64,000 nucleotides of DNA from Lepidodermella squamata (GCA_047495785.1 JBLDXI010000003.1:2232001-2296000), one strand, 5' to 3'. Counted from the first letter of the stretch, positions 1 to 11,766 are shown. The notes: generated by a model not told the origin, from the sequence alone. Program-made: numbers and translations.

Positions 1-1521
1 GTTACGGTAGAAAGATCGGTTGATGTAAATTTTGATTTTTTTTAATTTCACATCAAATTAAAGCAGCCGAATCTGCGGAAAATTACAGCGTTTTCAATGA
101 AATAAATCAAAAATTATATTCGCTTGCGCTATTCAATTTTGATCACGCCTTATGAATTCTATTTCAGTGGTGTACTTAGGGACGTACCTATAGCGCCGGC
201 GAAATTGCAAATCAAAACGGTGAACACGTTTTCAGCAGATGCTGGTCACGCAACTAATTGATGACCATTTAAGAACGTCCCGGATAGGCATGGGATCAGA
301 AACTCTAAAATGTGAGGGGTGTCATATCTCATGGCTAGAAAAATCTTGGAATAATCTAAAAATTGCATAAGAATAGTGATCGAGTATTTCTCTCATGAAT
401 GGGATTGGCATTGGAATAATCCCAAGAAAATTTGATCCAATTGGGAAAAATCGAAAATTACCGAACCAGTTCCCATCGGGGTTTTCAGAGTCTAATCCGG
501 TTAATTTAAATTTCTTCGGTAAAATCGTGGCTAATAGATAGTAGATTCCCCCAGTGTGCTTATTCTAAAAATAGTTTAAATTCCCGAAAAAATTCCCAAA
601 ATTACGAAGGGTTGCGCAACTTGTGTGACGCGCTGTACCTGGCCTTTACTCATATTCTCATTTTTTGCGTGAAATTTTAGATCAACTGAATCCCATTTCC
701 ATATTGGAAAATGTTGGTTATTCCTATACGTGATACGCGAGGGGCCATTCGGTGGATTTTTTCCTTTTAGTCAAAATTCACAGAAATTCGCCATTACCGC
801 GCGGAACCAGCCGCAAAAATAAGGGCGAACAAATATCTATACAGCAATGGTATATGCAATCCTCTGAAGGTCGTAATGAGAGTTGTAGAGATAAATTTTG
901 ACAGCTTCATGGTACCTATCTCAAAGCTTTGTTGTATTCAAAAAATGCTCCGATTTTTTCGGTTATTCTTATTTCTTTTTTTCAAACAGCTCGGGGGCGT
1001 GGAACAAAAAATAACGGAAATGGGATAAAAGTGGCGAGTGACAAATATTATCAATCATAATAAATACTACACAAGAACAAGACGGCCATCTTCAACTTAA
1101 TAAGAGCAGCTGTTTTGTATAATTTGATTTCTAGAATTAGCCATGGGCCGATCCTGCTAAGAGACTGAAATGTCATTGGAGCGAATTTCTAGGATGTGGA
1201 CAATTTTTCACCTCATTTTTGATCATGCCTCATAGCTTGTAACGGACCCAGCGTCCATGTTAGCCTTGGAAAATCTAGATTTCCTTGAATTAAACCTGCC
1301 CGGATTCTGACCTTACGAACACAGGATAACGAGCTAATTTTATAATTCACTGAAGTAAAGTCGACCTTCAGAAAAATCACGCATATAGCTCACTAATTCA
1401 ATGGTCAATAATTTGCGATTTACGCACTTGCGTCGTGACGATTAATTATCATTGTCACATAAAACTGAGAATGTCTAGTAACCTTCGGTTCAAAACCCCG
1501 TATTGGTTTATTTTTCAAAAA

Positions 1522-1890
1522 ATGAAATTCTCGATTGCATGCCTTTTTGTAGCATTATTTTCGATTGCTAACACTTCTCAGCCGGCAAATGATAAAAAAT
1601 ACGACTTCAAGGTGCATTTTACGGCTAAATCCCTGTACAAGTTCATAAAGGCGAGACAATTTCTGGCTAATTGGATGGAGAAGAGCTTCGGCAATTCGTC
1701 ATTACGGGCCTGTGCCCAGTGCTTTGGTCTCGACCACATACCTCCGGAGGCTTTCGCGGCTTGGTACACGAAACGGCAGTTCTTAATTAGAAGCGCCTAC
1801 AAGAATATGATAATGGCCTACAGCTGTTCGAAGCTGCACATTCTCGATCGATTGGTTTTCTTGAAACAGCGAAAATGCTTCAATTTTTGA
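1522..1890 (+). CDS. Secreted 4-Cys orphan protein, copy 1 (122 aa, intronless)
   Basis: ATG at 1522 gives a hydrophobic signal-like N-terminus (MKFSIACLFVALFSIANTS). Core ACAQCF..IPP..F.AWY.KR..SAYK.M.MAY.CSKL..FLKQRKC is shared with 3 paralogs. AATAAA lies near 1932. Confidence 0.85.
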   Translation: MKFSIACLFVALFSIANTSQPANDKKYDFKVHFTAKSLYKFIKARQFLANWMEKSFGNSSLRACAQCFGLDHIPPEAFAAWYTKRQFLIRSAYKNMIMAYSCSKLHILDRLVFLKQRKCFNF

Positions 1891-2855
1891 CATAAATAGC
1901 CTCGCATTTTTTGAGAAATATAAGGCATTCTAATAAATGTTAATATTATGCGTGAAGTTAGGCGTTAAGATAACTTTGAGACTTGTCACAGTTCGAAAAA
2001 CTTGAAAAATAAATAAGTAGCTAACTAATAATCTACCTAACTACGGATTCCAGAATTGTAAACAAAATGAATAAAGGGCCAGGCGATTACCGAGTTTTTG
2101 AAAATTTTGGCGAAGAAAACACGCCAACTTTGGACAATCAGGGGATTGAATGATTTACGTCATCATATAGGTAATTTTCCGTAATTCATCCAAATCCTGA
2201 TGATTCATAAAATTACGCGATTTTTCACCATGTGATGGATAGTGCCATAATTCATTGTCAATATTTCCGCAGATCTTGGAGAAGCAGTAATGAGAATATC
2301 CCCATAATTTTTACTTGTATGGAGATGGTCCCAAAACAAAAAATTCAAGGCATTTGGCTACTCATTTTCAATCACTCGTAAGATCCGATGAGAAAATCTG
2401 CAGCGTCCGATTTGGAAATTACCGTTTTTGTTCCCATAGCATCCCGGGCATAGAGAAGCATCTTCGAAATTTAAAAAAATTTAAAATTAATTTTTCGGTT
2501 AATTTTTTAAGATTTCGAAACGAATAGACCCCACAGTCCCTCAACTATTAGCGACTGGGCGCCTATTGGAAAAAATACCTGATCTAAAATTAGAAAATTT
2601 ACAAAAAAGCCATAGAATTATACGTTCTAATAGGTGAAAGCTTACCTCGCTGGAAAATATGCAAGTTCCAGTGGTCAAACGCGAGAAGCGGTTTATCTCG
2701 TATCGTAAAATTACATCTAAAACGTCAAAATTGGAAAAAATAAGAATGGGAAGGCATTTGACCTATTGTATAAGAAGGGTCAGCAATTTTATTGGTTGTC
2801 ATCGCAAGGTTAAATATATAGAAAATTCAAAAGAAAAAATGTTATATAAATATTG

Positions 2856-5800
2856 TCATTTCACAGTGGAAGAATATTTTTCGAGATGAAAAATAAACGA
2901 TCGGACCGCTTTCCAGTTTTTCACAATAATAGCCCTGCTCATAGGGTTGAGCTTTTTATTGTCCTTTTTCAAGATGGCGAGTGGGAATTTCGAAGCCAAA
3001 TAGTCAACTATTTCAATCCGCACGTCGTACTCCACAGCCAAAGCCAGCGGAGTTTTCCCATGCGCGTCTTGCAGATTACCGTCTAAGCCGTGATCTTCAA
3101 CCAGGCGTTTCACCATGTCAAAATTTTGCGAAAAAACGGCGTAATGCAAGGTGTTACGTTGACTTTTGTCAACAGCTTTCACGTCACAGCCGTGATCGAT
3201 GAAAAAATCAACGATTTGAGGCCTATCAACCATGACGGCTCGCAGTAACGGCGTTTGGCCATTCGCAGCGGCTTCATCTATCAACTCCGGGCTGATGGTA
3301 ATCAATTCATTCAAAATCGGTAAAAAATCGCCCTTTTCTACGTTGTAAAATTCGGATACCATGTGGAATAAACTGACATTTCGGATGAATTTCGCGGCTG
3401 GGTTGTGGCCTTTTTCAACCAAATATTTGAAGACCTCGAGACAATTGAACCTGACAGCGTCTGCAACAGGGCTGTAAACCGGATTCAAGTCGAAATTTAG
3501 CTCATTGACCAAGAACTTGACAGCTTCCAATGAAGATCGGCACGCTAGATTCAACAAATTGTAGCCGCTGCCGAATTCCACCTTGACAAGTTTCGGAAAT
3601 TTTTCGCATAGATATTTCAGGGTGTCGAGCTGGGACGTGGTAAAAGCCGAGCATAGCACGTTAGGAGCTGAAAAAGATTTAAAAGGAGAATACCGGCCTT
3701 CGCCCGTCACATCGACCTGCATCTCCTCGACTAGAAATTTGGTAGTTTTCAGGCTACCTTCAATGGCAGCTATGCCGACAACCTTGTCAACTTCCTCACC
3801 ATCTTTCAGTAAGTGGTTTGATATGTAATTACTGCATCCAGGCGGCAAACGAGGATCCAAGCAAATCGATTCAACCGTATCGACATCATCCACCAAAACC
3901 GCGTCTCGTAACCGATCAAATTCGTAAGGAAAATCCGAAAAATGAAACATTTTCCGCTATAAAAAGTAAACAAAAATTGAAAGGTTCCAAATATTTGAAC
4001 CACTAAATTTAGAAGTCCTGACACTAAATTGTTCATATTCTTTGAGATTTCGGCGTTTTCGTGAACCCTGTCCTGAACATAGGAACCTGAGAAACTAAAG
4101 CTGAACCTTGAACCTAGAATCCTGAACCTAGAACTGAATCCCTGGGAACCTAAGAAACCAAAGCTGAACCCTGAACCTAGAATCCTGAACCTAGAACTGA
4201 ATCCCTGAACCTAGGATTACTTGAGCTACCTGGCGCCCTAAGCTACGTAGACTACGTAGATAAAATCGATACTTGGAATCGATATTATCGGCTCTCCAGG
4301 CTGAAGTACAATTCGTAAACTGAGCACTCATAGCGCAAAATACGCGCAATATGAACATCTATTGGTTAGGCATGATAACAAAACAATTGAGATTCCAGAG
4401 AAGACATCAAACTCGAAAAAGCATACCTAAAGAAAAACTAGTGCTGGAGCTTCAAACTTAGTGCGCACTTGGCATACCCAAATTGAAATTGAAAATAAAA
4501 TAAAATTTGGAAATGCAAATAAAAATAAAAAACCCGCCTTAAAATTTGAAAATCACCGTAGCGCAGGAAATTTTGGACAGGGCAAAGAGGCCCCTGCCTT
4601 TTTCTCAAAGTTCCTTTGAAAATCAATATTTTCCAAAATTAGACCCAACGAAAAATCAAAACTCAAAATTCAATCCGTATGCAAATAAGCATCTAAAATT
4701 ACCCGATAATTTGCAAAATTTATTCAAAAAACTGTCAATGAGGTAAAAATCGTAAAATAAATCAACATACCTTTGAAATGGGCGAAATCACATTTCTGAA
4801 TTCCGGTTTCGCATCAATGGTTGCAGTTTTCGAAATCAAATCAGCCATGTAGTCCAACAAGAAATTATCAGTCTGGAAAACTAGCTCAGGTCCGAACCAT
4901 GCCTGACATGGATATTCCATCGGGCTAAGCTGAATCAATGAAAATTAAAAAATAAATTAAAAAATGTATAATCATATAAAATCAGAAGGACCTTTTTGTC
5001 TTTGTCGCGAATTTTTGCATAAATTTCTGCGACAGCACTTAAATCCAGGCCAGACAGCTTCGAAATCGGTGTGATATCGATTACTTCATCCGGAAAAGCG
5101 CCAATTATAAGATTCCGTCGTTCGCTTAATTTATCCGTTAAATCTCCCTGTAATTTTTCACGAGCTTTTTCGAATAAATTCTGAAGTGTTTTTGACATCG
5201 ACTCGAAATGAGAATCAATTTCCGCGGCCAATTTCGATCGGAAATACTCCATTTTCAAGTCGCTTTCAGCCAGCTTTTCGTTATAGGAGGACCTTGCAAC
5301 GTTCAGCCGCTCTGAAAACTGCAAAAATGTTCAAAATACGAAAGAAAATTGTGGGAAGATTTTACTGACGTTCAGTGAAATCCAACTCATTTCGAGTTTC
5401 AGGCGCTCAGCGTGGCCAACTGAACAAGCTTGGCAGAAATTCAGCCCGCAATGTGAGCATTTTACGAATTTTTCAGTCAAGAAATTGCCATGTGGGCATT
5501 TTTCGCCCACTAACACGAGTCTATTCCGGGGATCCATCAGGCTTCCAGCTGTTTCGATAATTTGTTGAAGCGATTGATTTTTACGAAATTCTTTTAATAA
5601 AATAAACATTGGATACATACTAATTAAGTCGGTTAAAATTTACGTTCTTTCCCGTCGGAAGTAACCGTGAAATGACTTCTCACTTTACAAACCGGGCAGA
5701 GAAAATGGCTCGTTGATTTAGCATGTTTTTGAGCGCATTTTTCGCAGAAAGAGTGGCCACACGTAGGTAAGATGATTGGCGATTCGAACTTCTTCAAACA

Positions 5801-5968
5801 AAAACTGCATTTGAGTACCTAATTTCTTCTAATAACATTTCAAATCCAAAAATGAAAATCAAAGCTCACGCCAGGCAAAGTACCGTCGATTTCGACTCGG
5901 TTGCCGCATTTCGGAATCTTCGCCGATCGACCATCAATTGAGTCTGAACTCGGGCGCTTTCCCAACAT
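2856..5968 (-). CDS. RING-B-box-like-coiled-coil-ankyrin (TRIM-like) protein, copy A, intact, about 693 aa
   Basis: Exons 5968-5870, 5818-5644, 5590-5370, 5318-4992, 4929-4771, 3956-2856, all GT..AG with phases 0,1,0,0,0 and an open frame. RING CSFC..CGHSFCEKC..CPVC; B-box-like CPH..CSHC..FCQAC..H; helical exon 4; ankyrin motifs (GQTPLLRAV, GKTPLALAV). Confidence 0.88.
3986..4480. mobile_element. Dispersed non-autonomous repeat (family also at 52551-53002, 55230-55490, 40470-40530, 59140-59250)
   Basis: Shared blocks such as CCAAATAT..CCACTAAA, AAAATCGATACTTGGAATCGATAT..GGCTCT..AGG.TGAAGTA and GGTTAGGCATGATA recur at these sites. This copy is in the last intron of copy A. Confidence 0.65.
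4063..4215. repeat. Local tandem repeat, roughly 65-bp units built from (C)CCTGAACCTAGAA subunits
   Basis: AAAGCTGAACC.TGAACCTAGAATCCTGAACCTAGAACTGAATCCCTG occurs twice, plus partial units. Confidence 0.8.
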
Positions 5969-8086
5969 GAATTGGAAATTTCCGAATAAAAGTAACAATT
6001 TTCAGCTAAAAAGGGAAAATTTTATACTCTGCAATTTTACCGCACTGTCATATTTTTCGTCAAGTTCGCAGAAATTAACAAAAGTTTGGCCAAACGAGTA
6101 GGATTAGGAAAATTTTAATTTTTCTGCCTGCGATAAAAAAAACGATTTTTAGTTTTATTTGAATTGATTGAGTTGATTCAATGGCCCAAGCTACGCAGCA
6201 TTAAAATTATTATGGCTCCGGAATTATTTTTGCAGTCGAACTTGACAATAATAAGAACAAGGATCCGATTCGCTCTAGTTTTATAAATGTGCATTACCCA
6301 TTCGAAATAAAAGTTCTTTATTGCGTACTTTTTGCATAATATATTCAACTGCGCTGTCTTTCGGCTCCAAGCTTTGAAAGCCGAACCAAAATATCCCTTA
6401 GGAAGTTCTTAGTGCTGGTCGATGGCTTGAGATCAGATTCAAACCAGCCGGATAAACTGTTCACCGCTGCTTTTCGATTTGACTTTAATTTCGGATTTCG
6501 GATTCTATTTCGACACTTCGCCTAATCAGCTTCATGTCTGCCAGCTCAATCTTCCACATCTACCCGATCTAAAAGCTGATCTGGCAAGGGTTCCCCATGA
6601 CTGCTCTATGTACAAGTGGTGAGGAAAACCGCAAGTTTCACCCGTGTTTTGTTGCTATCACTGTCACTGAGAATCATAACGACTTCGAATTCATGTTGGG
6701 TCACATATAAAATGCTATTTCCAGTAAAATCAAACGCCAGAGGTCTCCCGAACACTAGGCCCATGCAGCTGATGTGATAACAATTTTGCGATTAAAGCTA
6801 TACTCGGCGAACCAATTCGAGCTTCTAGCTTGTCTCATGTCATCTGGAGCTGTTGACAAACGGCCGATGGCGACATCAAAATTTTGGAAAAAAAAGAAAA
6901 AAAGCGCTATCTTACGATCAAGTCTCCTTAAAAGAAGACAATAGGACGTTTTTCGGAAACGATTTTCGATGCTGTTACGATTTTACTCCATAAAAAGTTC
7001 GAACATGAACCGGAATTCCCCGGCGGTTCTTTTGACACCAAATTTGGGGCAAAAGACTTCAAGGAACGCACAGAAATCATTTTGTAAACATTTCCACAGA
7101 GACAGGATTTGGATCCAAATATCGCATCCCGCGGTCTATTTTTAGCAGTTAATGTGTTAAAGGTGAATGTCAATGCGAACGAAAACGTTGACGTAGTAGC
7201 TTGCTACTTGCTAAGACGGGCTGAAGCACCATGTGTGCCTCGGCCTCAAATTGCGGACCAACCTGATATCCGCAATCCCAGATGACCCAGAGAAGTTGGA
7301 CGTTCCGATCGATGCAAGAAAAAGTGCGGTCGGAAACCTGCCAATGACTCTTCAATGTCACTTCGCCAAACCATGAATTTTGCCTTGCTTATTGACTTCT
7401 CTTGTGTTGTTGCGACGTAATAAAGTATTGAATAGCGACAAAGTCTGATTTAATAGAGACCCAGTTTATTGAACTTTTTGTACATTGCTTGAATTATAAT
7501 CTGTCCCGCTGTAGGTCAAAATACCACTGCTGGTCAAAATTCGCCGATGCGGACATAATCGAATTAGTATAATAAAGCAGAACATGTCCTAAAGGTACTA
7601 ATTAGATAGAAAGGAGATAATCTTTTCTGACAGCTTAACCGCTCTCTGTATTCATTCTTTAATCATTCAGATTTATTTATTACTACTTCTCAAACAGCCC
7701 GGGGACGTGGACTACTAAAATATGCAAGAAAACCAGAACAAAAAATATCGAAAATTATAACACTTTTTGTTTCGAAAAATGACAAATGACATCAATCATA
7801 ACAAGAGACTGGAATGCCGGTGATAGAAGCCATTTTTTAGGATGAGGACATTTTTTCACCTCATTTTCTTAACAATTCCTCATTGCTCGAAACTGACCAT
7901 AATGGCCACGAAAATAAATTCATTAAACTTGCCCAGATTCCAGCGTACAACGCAAGCTAAGAAGATAATTGATATTCACGTACTTGCGTTGAGACGATAA
8001 ATCAGCGGTGTCACCTAGACTGAGAATCTCTCCTTATATAATGCGGAGCTTTTTTCAACAATCCATATTGGTTTATCTCTCATAAA

Positions 8087-8467
8087 ATGAACTTTTCGGT
8101 TTTATGCCTTATTCTATCATTAATTACGATTGCTAACACCTCCCATCCGACCAATGGTACAAAATCAGTCAATCATGCTGAATTTATGGCGCAGTTGAAA
8201 GCTAAATCCTCGCACAAGTTCATAAAAGCGCGAGAATTTCTGGCTCATTGGATGGTGAACAGCTTCGGCAATTCGTCATTACAGGCCTGTGCTCAGTGCT
8301 TTGGTCTTGATCACATCCCTCCGGAGGCGTTCGTGGCTTGGTACACGAAACGGCATTTCTTACTCGGAAGTGCCTACAAGGATATGGTTATGGCCTACAG
8401 CTGTTCGAAGCTGCATATTCTCGAACGATTGGCTTTCTTGAAACAGCGAAAATGCTTCAAATTTTAA
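8087..8467 (+). CDS. Secreted 4-Cys orphan protein, copy 2 (126 aa)
   Basis: Signal-like N-terminus and close paralog of 1522-1890. TATATAA about 50 bp upstream. Upstream and downstream flanks are homologous to those of copy 1. Confidence 0.88.
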   Translation: MNFSVLCLILSLITIANTSHPTNGTKSVNHAEFMAQLKAKSSHKFIKAREFLAHWMVNSFGNSSLQACAQCFGLDHIPPEAFVAWYTKRHFLLGSAYKDMVMAYSCSKLHILERLAFLKQRKCFKF

Positions 8468-8984
8468 CAGAAAACAGAAAACGCATAATTTGCGAAACTT
8501 GACGCATGGTGAAGATTGTTTATAATAATTAGTGTTACATTATTACTTGGATACTCGTTAGCTTTTTGTGGACTTGTCACAGTTCGAAAACTTGAAAACT
8601 TGCAAAACTAGCCAAGTATTATGTATCTTGCAACGAAATAAAAACTTGGCTATTGCAGACAAAATCCTCAATTATGAACTCAAAACAAGTGAGGCAGACG
8701 ATTTCAGTTATATGAACATTTTGAAGACTTCAGCATATTATTACAGCCAAAATGGGCAAAAACACGCAAAATATGGACCTAACCAAAAGGTTCCTGAATT
8801 CTGGTTCGACGTCGATTACGGAAGTTTTTGCTGTCAAATCAGCAATGCAACCTGACAGAAGTTGTTTAGGTTGGAAACCAGCTTTGATTCAAGCGAAACC
8901 CGACATGGATCTTCATTTACTCTTCTAGCCTAAAGAAATTGAATATGACGTATTAAGACGAGCAAAATTATGTTTTTGAACTAG

Positions 8985-9444
8985 GTTGATCCGAATTCCT
9001 TAGCATGTTATGGAGGAGCTCTGAAATCAAGCTATTCCTACAATGGCCCCGCTGATTTGGTTAGCTGGGACTACTATAGCTACGAAAACCTAAACTCAAC
9101 GTCGCAACCATCGGGAACAATTAGGCTGGTTTCAAATGAGTTCCAGCAAAGCGGTGCGATTTGGACTAAAACTGTAATCATTCAGCATTTATCATTGTTA
9201 TTTTATTGATTGGATTCATGAACTTCAGCCGTTTAGTCTTCAGAACTTTTATACCGAATTAGTGATTGAATCAGGGGTTTACATTGATAGCATGTACCCG
9301 TATGGATTTATGATGATCATGTACCGTATGAACCGTATGAATCGCAACAGCCACAGCGGTTTGACCGTCTTCGTCCAGCCTAACAAGTTGGAGGGGGGTG
9401 ATGATCCCGTTTCTGCCGAGCCCGAACGAAGCATTTATGTCTAA
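8985..9444 (+). pseudogene. Divergent L-type (legume/ERGIC-53-like) lectin exons, apparently truncated
   Basis: Exons 8985-9173 and 9229-9444 join in phase 0 to give SWDYY..TIRLVSNEFQQSGAIWTKT|PFSLQNFYTELVI..YGFMMIMY..HSGLTVFV, which resembles the IRL..GAIW.K.P..GL.VF pattern. No clear start, and the domain is incomplete. Confidence 0.5.
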
Positions 9445-9486
9445 GCAAATGCGATGCTCAAGTCAGTATAGTCAAAAAAGATGTGA

Positions 9487-9558
9487 AGGGGACACCCGGG
9501 TTTGAACCAGGGACCTCTCGATCTGCAGTCGAATGCTCTACCACTTAGCTATATCCCC
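9487..9558 (-). tRNA. tRNA-Cys(GCA)
   Basis: GGGGATATAGCTAAGTGGTAGAGCATTCGACTGCAGATCGAGAGGTCCCTGGTTCAAACCCGGGTGTCCCCT folds as a cloverleaf with GCA anticodon and A/B boxes. A T6 Pol III terminator follows about 8 nt downstream. Confidence 0.95.
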
Positions 9559-9639
9559 TCTCGCCTCATGTTCACGAGTGAAACCTGCGTAGTTACGCCT
9601 GCGGCGGCCATTTGCACAAGTTGTGACGATTGGTTGACG

Positions 9640-10680
9640 AATGAAATTACATAAATTCTGTGGGGCTACTGTGCGGATGTTGAGTGGTGTTGGAACTCGG
9701 GGGTAAACCAGCTATGGATTGATACGTTCATGTCGACGAAATCGGTTTGGCAATGGCGGATTCGCAATCAAACGCTATCGATCAATGTCTGCAAGTAAGG
9801 CACTAATTTTTGCTCACAGACTCTTACGAATCGACGTCACAGGCGCTTACCTTTACTTCCACAGCATCGACGAGTTTAAAAACTCCGACAACTACCACTT
9901 CGGCTACAACTACGCAAGTAAGCTGAAAATTTGAAAACGAACGATTCATAAATTGAAATAAATAGCCCACTATTCACTACTACGTCCACCTCGGTGAAAT
10001 CGACTTCGCAAGTAGCGACTGATGTTTCGAATTCACTAATGCCGACTAGCTATGCGGTGCTAAGCTTTGTGTGGATAGAACTATACTTTTCAGCGATCAA
10101 TACTTACTCATTATAGACTTCGATCGCGTCCTCTTCGACTGGGTCAACAACCACATCCACTCCTCTTACTATTGCTACTTCATTATCAACGGTAAAGCAG
10201 GTACGTCCCAAATAAGACAATAAGCTCTTATTCGACGAACACATCGAGATGGCGAAGGGCAAGGCTCGAAAGGGCTTGTTCGCTCTCAAACAAGCTGTCG
10301 ATTCTGGAATTGATCGCAAAACTGCTGTCATGATGACCAACGGTCTCGTTGTCAGTCATCTGAATTATGGCGACACTACCCTTGGGCAAGCCTGAAAATC
10401 GACTCGCGACAAGCTGCAATCGTCACAAGATCGAGCCATCAAAATCATCTACGGCGCTCATCCTTTAGCGGATCCGGCCCCGCTTCGGCATCGACTTGGA
10501 TGGCTTACTGTCAACCACAGTACACCTATGCAGGTACACCTATGCACATTCATCTGGAGAAGCCTGCACGAGATGGCGCCGGACGACTTCATGTCGATGT
10601 TCAAGCTGAACGACCGCAGCCACGGCTATAACTGTCGCAATTTCGAGCCGATGTTCAAGCCGACCTTCACGAATAAGTGT
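9640..10680 (+). mobile_element. Degenerate non-LTR retrotransposon (LINE) remnant, post-RT region
   Basis: From 10231: FDEHIEMAKGKARKGLFALK..GLVVSHLNYG..*..KLQSSQDRAIKIIYG..LRHRLGWLTV..APDDFMSMFK..HGYNCRN, typical of CR1/L2-group ORF2 C-termini. Internal stop; 5' boundary uncertain. Confidence 0.75.
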
Positions 10681-10722
10681 CTACAAAATCATCAGTGGTT
10701 AATTTTCTTAATAATCTTATCG

Positions 10723-10977
10723 AAACCTCTGGATGTGTATTTCTTTATCATCATCGAGTCTCAGCAGCAATTCCACATTCAGCTGCATAGGTATATCTTC
10801 GGGTTGCATTCTCTATTCTTGCTAACGAAATACTGTCGTCTTTTCGAGATGAATACTTTCGATTATTGTATTGCCAAATGCAATAAAACCGCCGGCAAAG
10901 ATGATAACATAACAATATCATCGCATAGCATTTGAACACCTGCTTGGGCAATACGCTCCATTGAATGTAGGTGAAAA
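10723..10977 (+). repeat. Direct repeat, copy 1 (about 250 bp)
   Basis: Highly similar to 11978-12216; the stretch GAGATGAATACTTTCGATTATTG..CTTGGGCAATACGCT is identical. Confidence 0.85.
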
Positions 10978-11265
10978 AAAGTCAAAAAAAGTATTCATAA
11001 TTATTAGCTCTTGTTCACACAAAGCCTATGAGTGCACTTGAGTTAACCGGACGAATAGACGAAGCACGGAATCGCCACGACGCTGAAGACGAACCGCATT
11101 GAAAATTTCCTGATGGTTATGAAGTCATTCAAAAAAATGCTAGGCAAGGAAAGATTTGCGCATATACTTTATATTGCGATGCGTTCAGTTGCGTTACGTA
11201 ATCGGAAAACTGGTGCCTAGGCTACGCAAGTGAAAAAGTTCGAGTGAATCGCTTCACGACAGTCT

Positions 11266-11766
11266 CAGACTGATGAACATTCACCGGCAGTTGAGGTCGG
11301 GACCTCGAAAGGCATGCCTCGAACTGTCGAGTATGTCGGATTCAAAAAGTGACCAGAGAAAGCACTCAAGCTAAAATTTTGATCTGCATTATTAAATCGA
11401 GTGCTTCTCAAAACGGATGATATCTCCGTTGTTCATCAAATTTTGCATGCATATAGAACGCGAGCTGCTCTTTCACGTGGTATAAAATTTGAGGTGGGCA
11501 ATTGCTGCTCAGTCTTGATCTTATCAAAAAAAATGAAACCATAGTGAAAATGAGTTTTTGTATCGTAACAAGGGTTGGGTTGCCTATCTAAAATCGTATT
11601 CCACGCGAAAGAGGAGCTCGCGTTCTATATGCGTGCAAACTTTGTGAACAACGGAGATATCCGTTTTGAGAAATTCAACTTTGAATGAAAATGAAGATTC
11701 TGAAATTTTAGCTGAAGTGCTTACTCTGGTCATTTTTTTCTCTATGGTCGGATTGAACATCAGTCC
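11266..11766. mobile_element. MITE/foldback element with long imperfect inverted arms
   Basis: AAAAGTGACCAGAG..CTCAAAACGGAT..TATCTCCGTTGTTC..ATATAGAACGCGAGCT is mirrored by AGCTCGCGTTCTATAT..GAACAACGGAGATATCCGTTTTGAG..CTCTGGTCATTTT. Confidence 0.75.

Noticed and set aside
1522-1890. Saposin-like/caenopore assignment for the secreted family
   Set aside because: There are only four mature Cys and the spacing does not fit the six-Cys SAPLIP pattern. A remote fold relation is not excluded.
4063-4215. Interstitial telomeric repeat (CCCTGAA resembles CCCTAAA)
   Set aside because: The units are irregular, part of a longer period, and embedded in a dispersed element.
6400-7400. Coding-like sequence upstream of TRIM-ANK A
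   Set aside because: The frames I read are broken by stops and no motif was recognisable.
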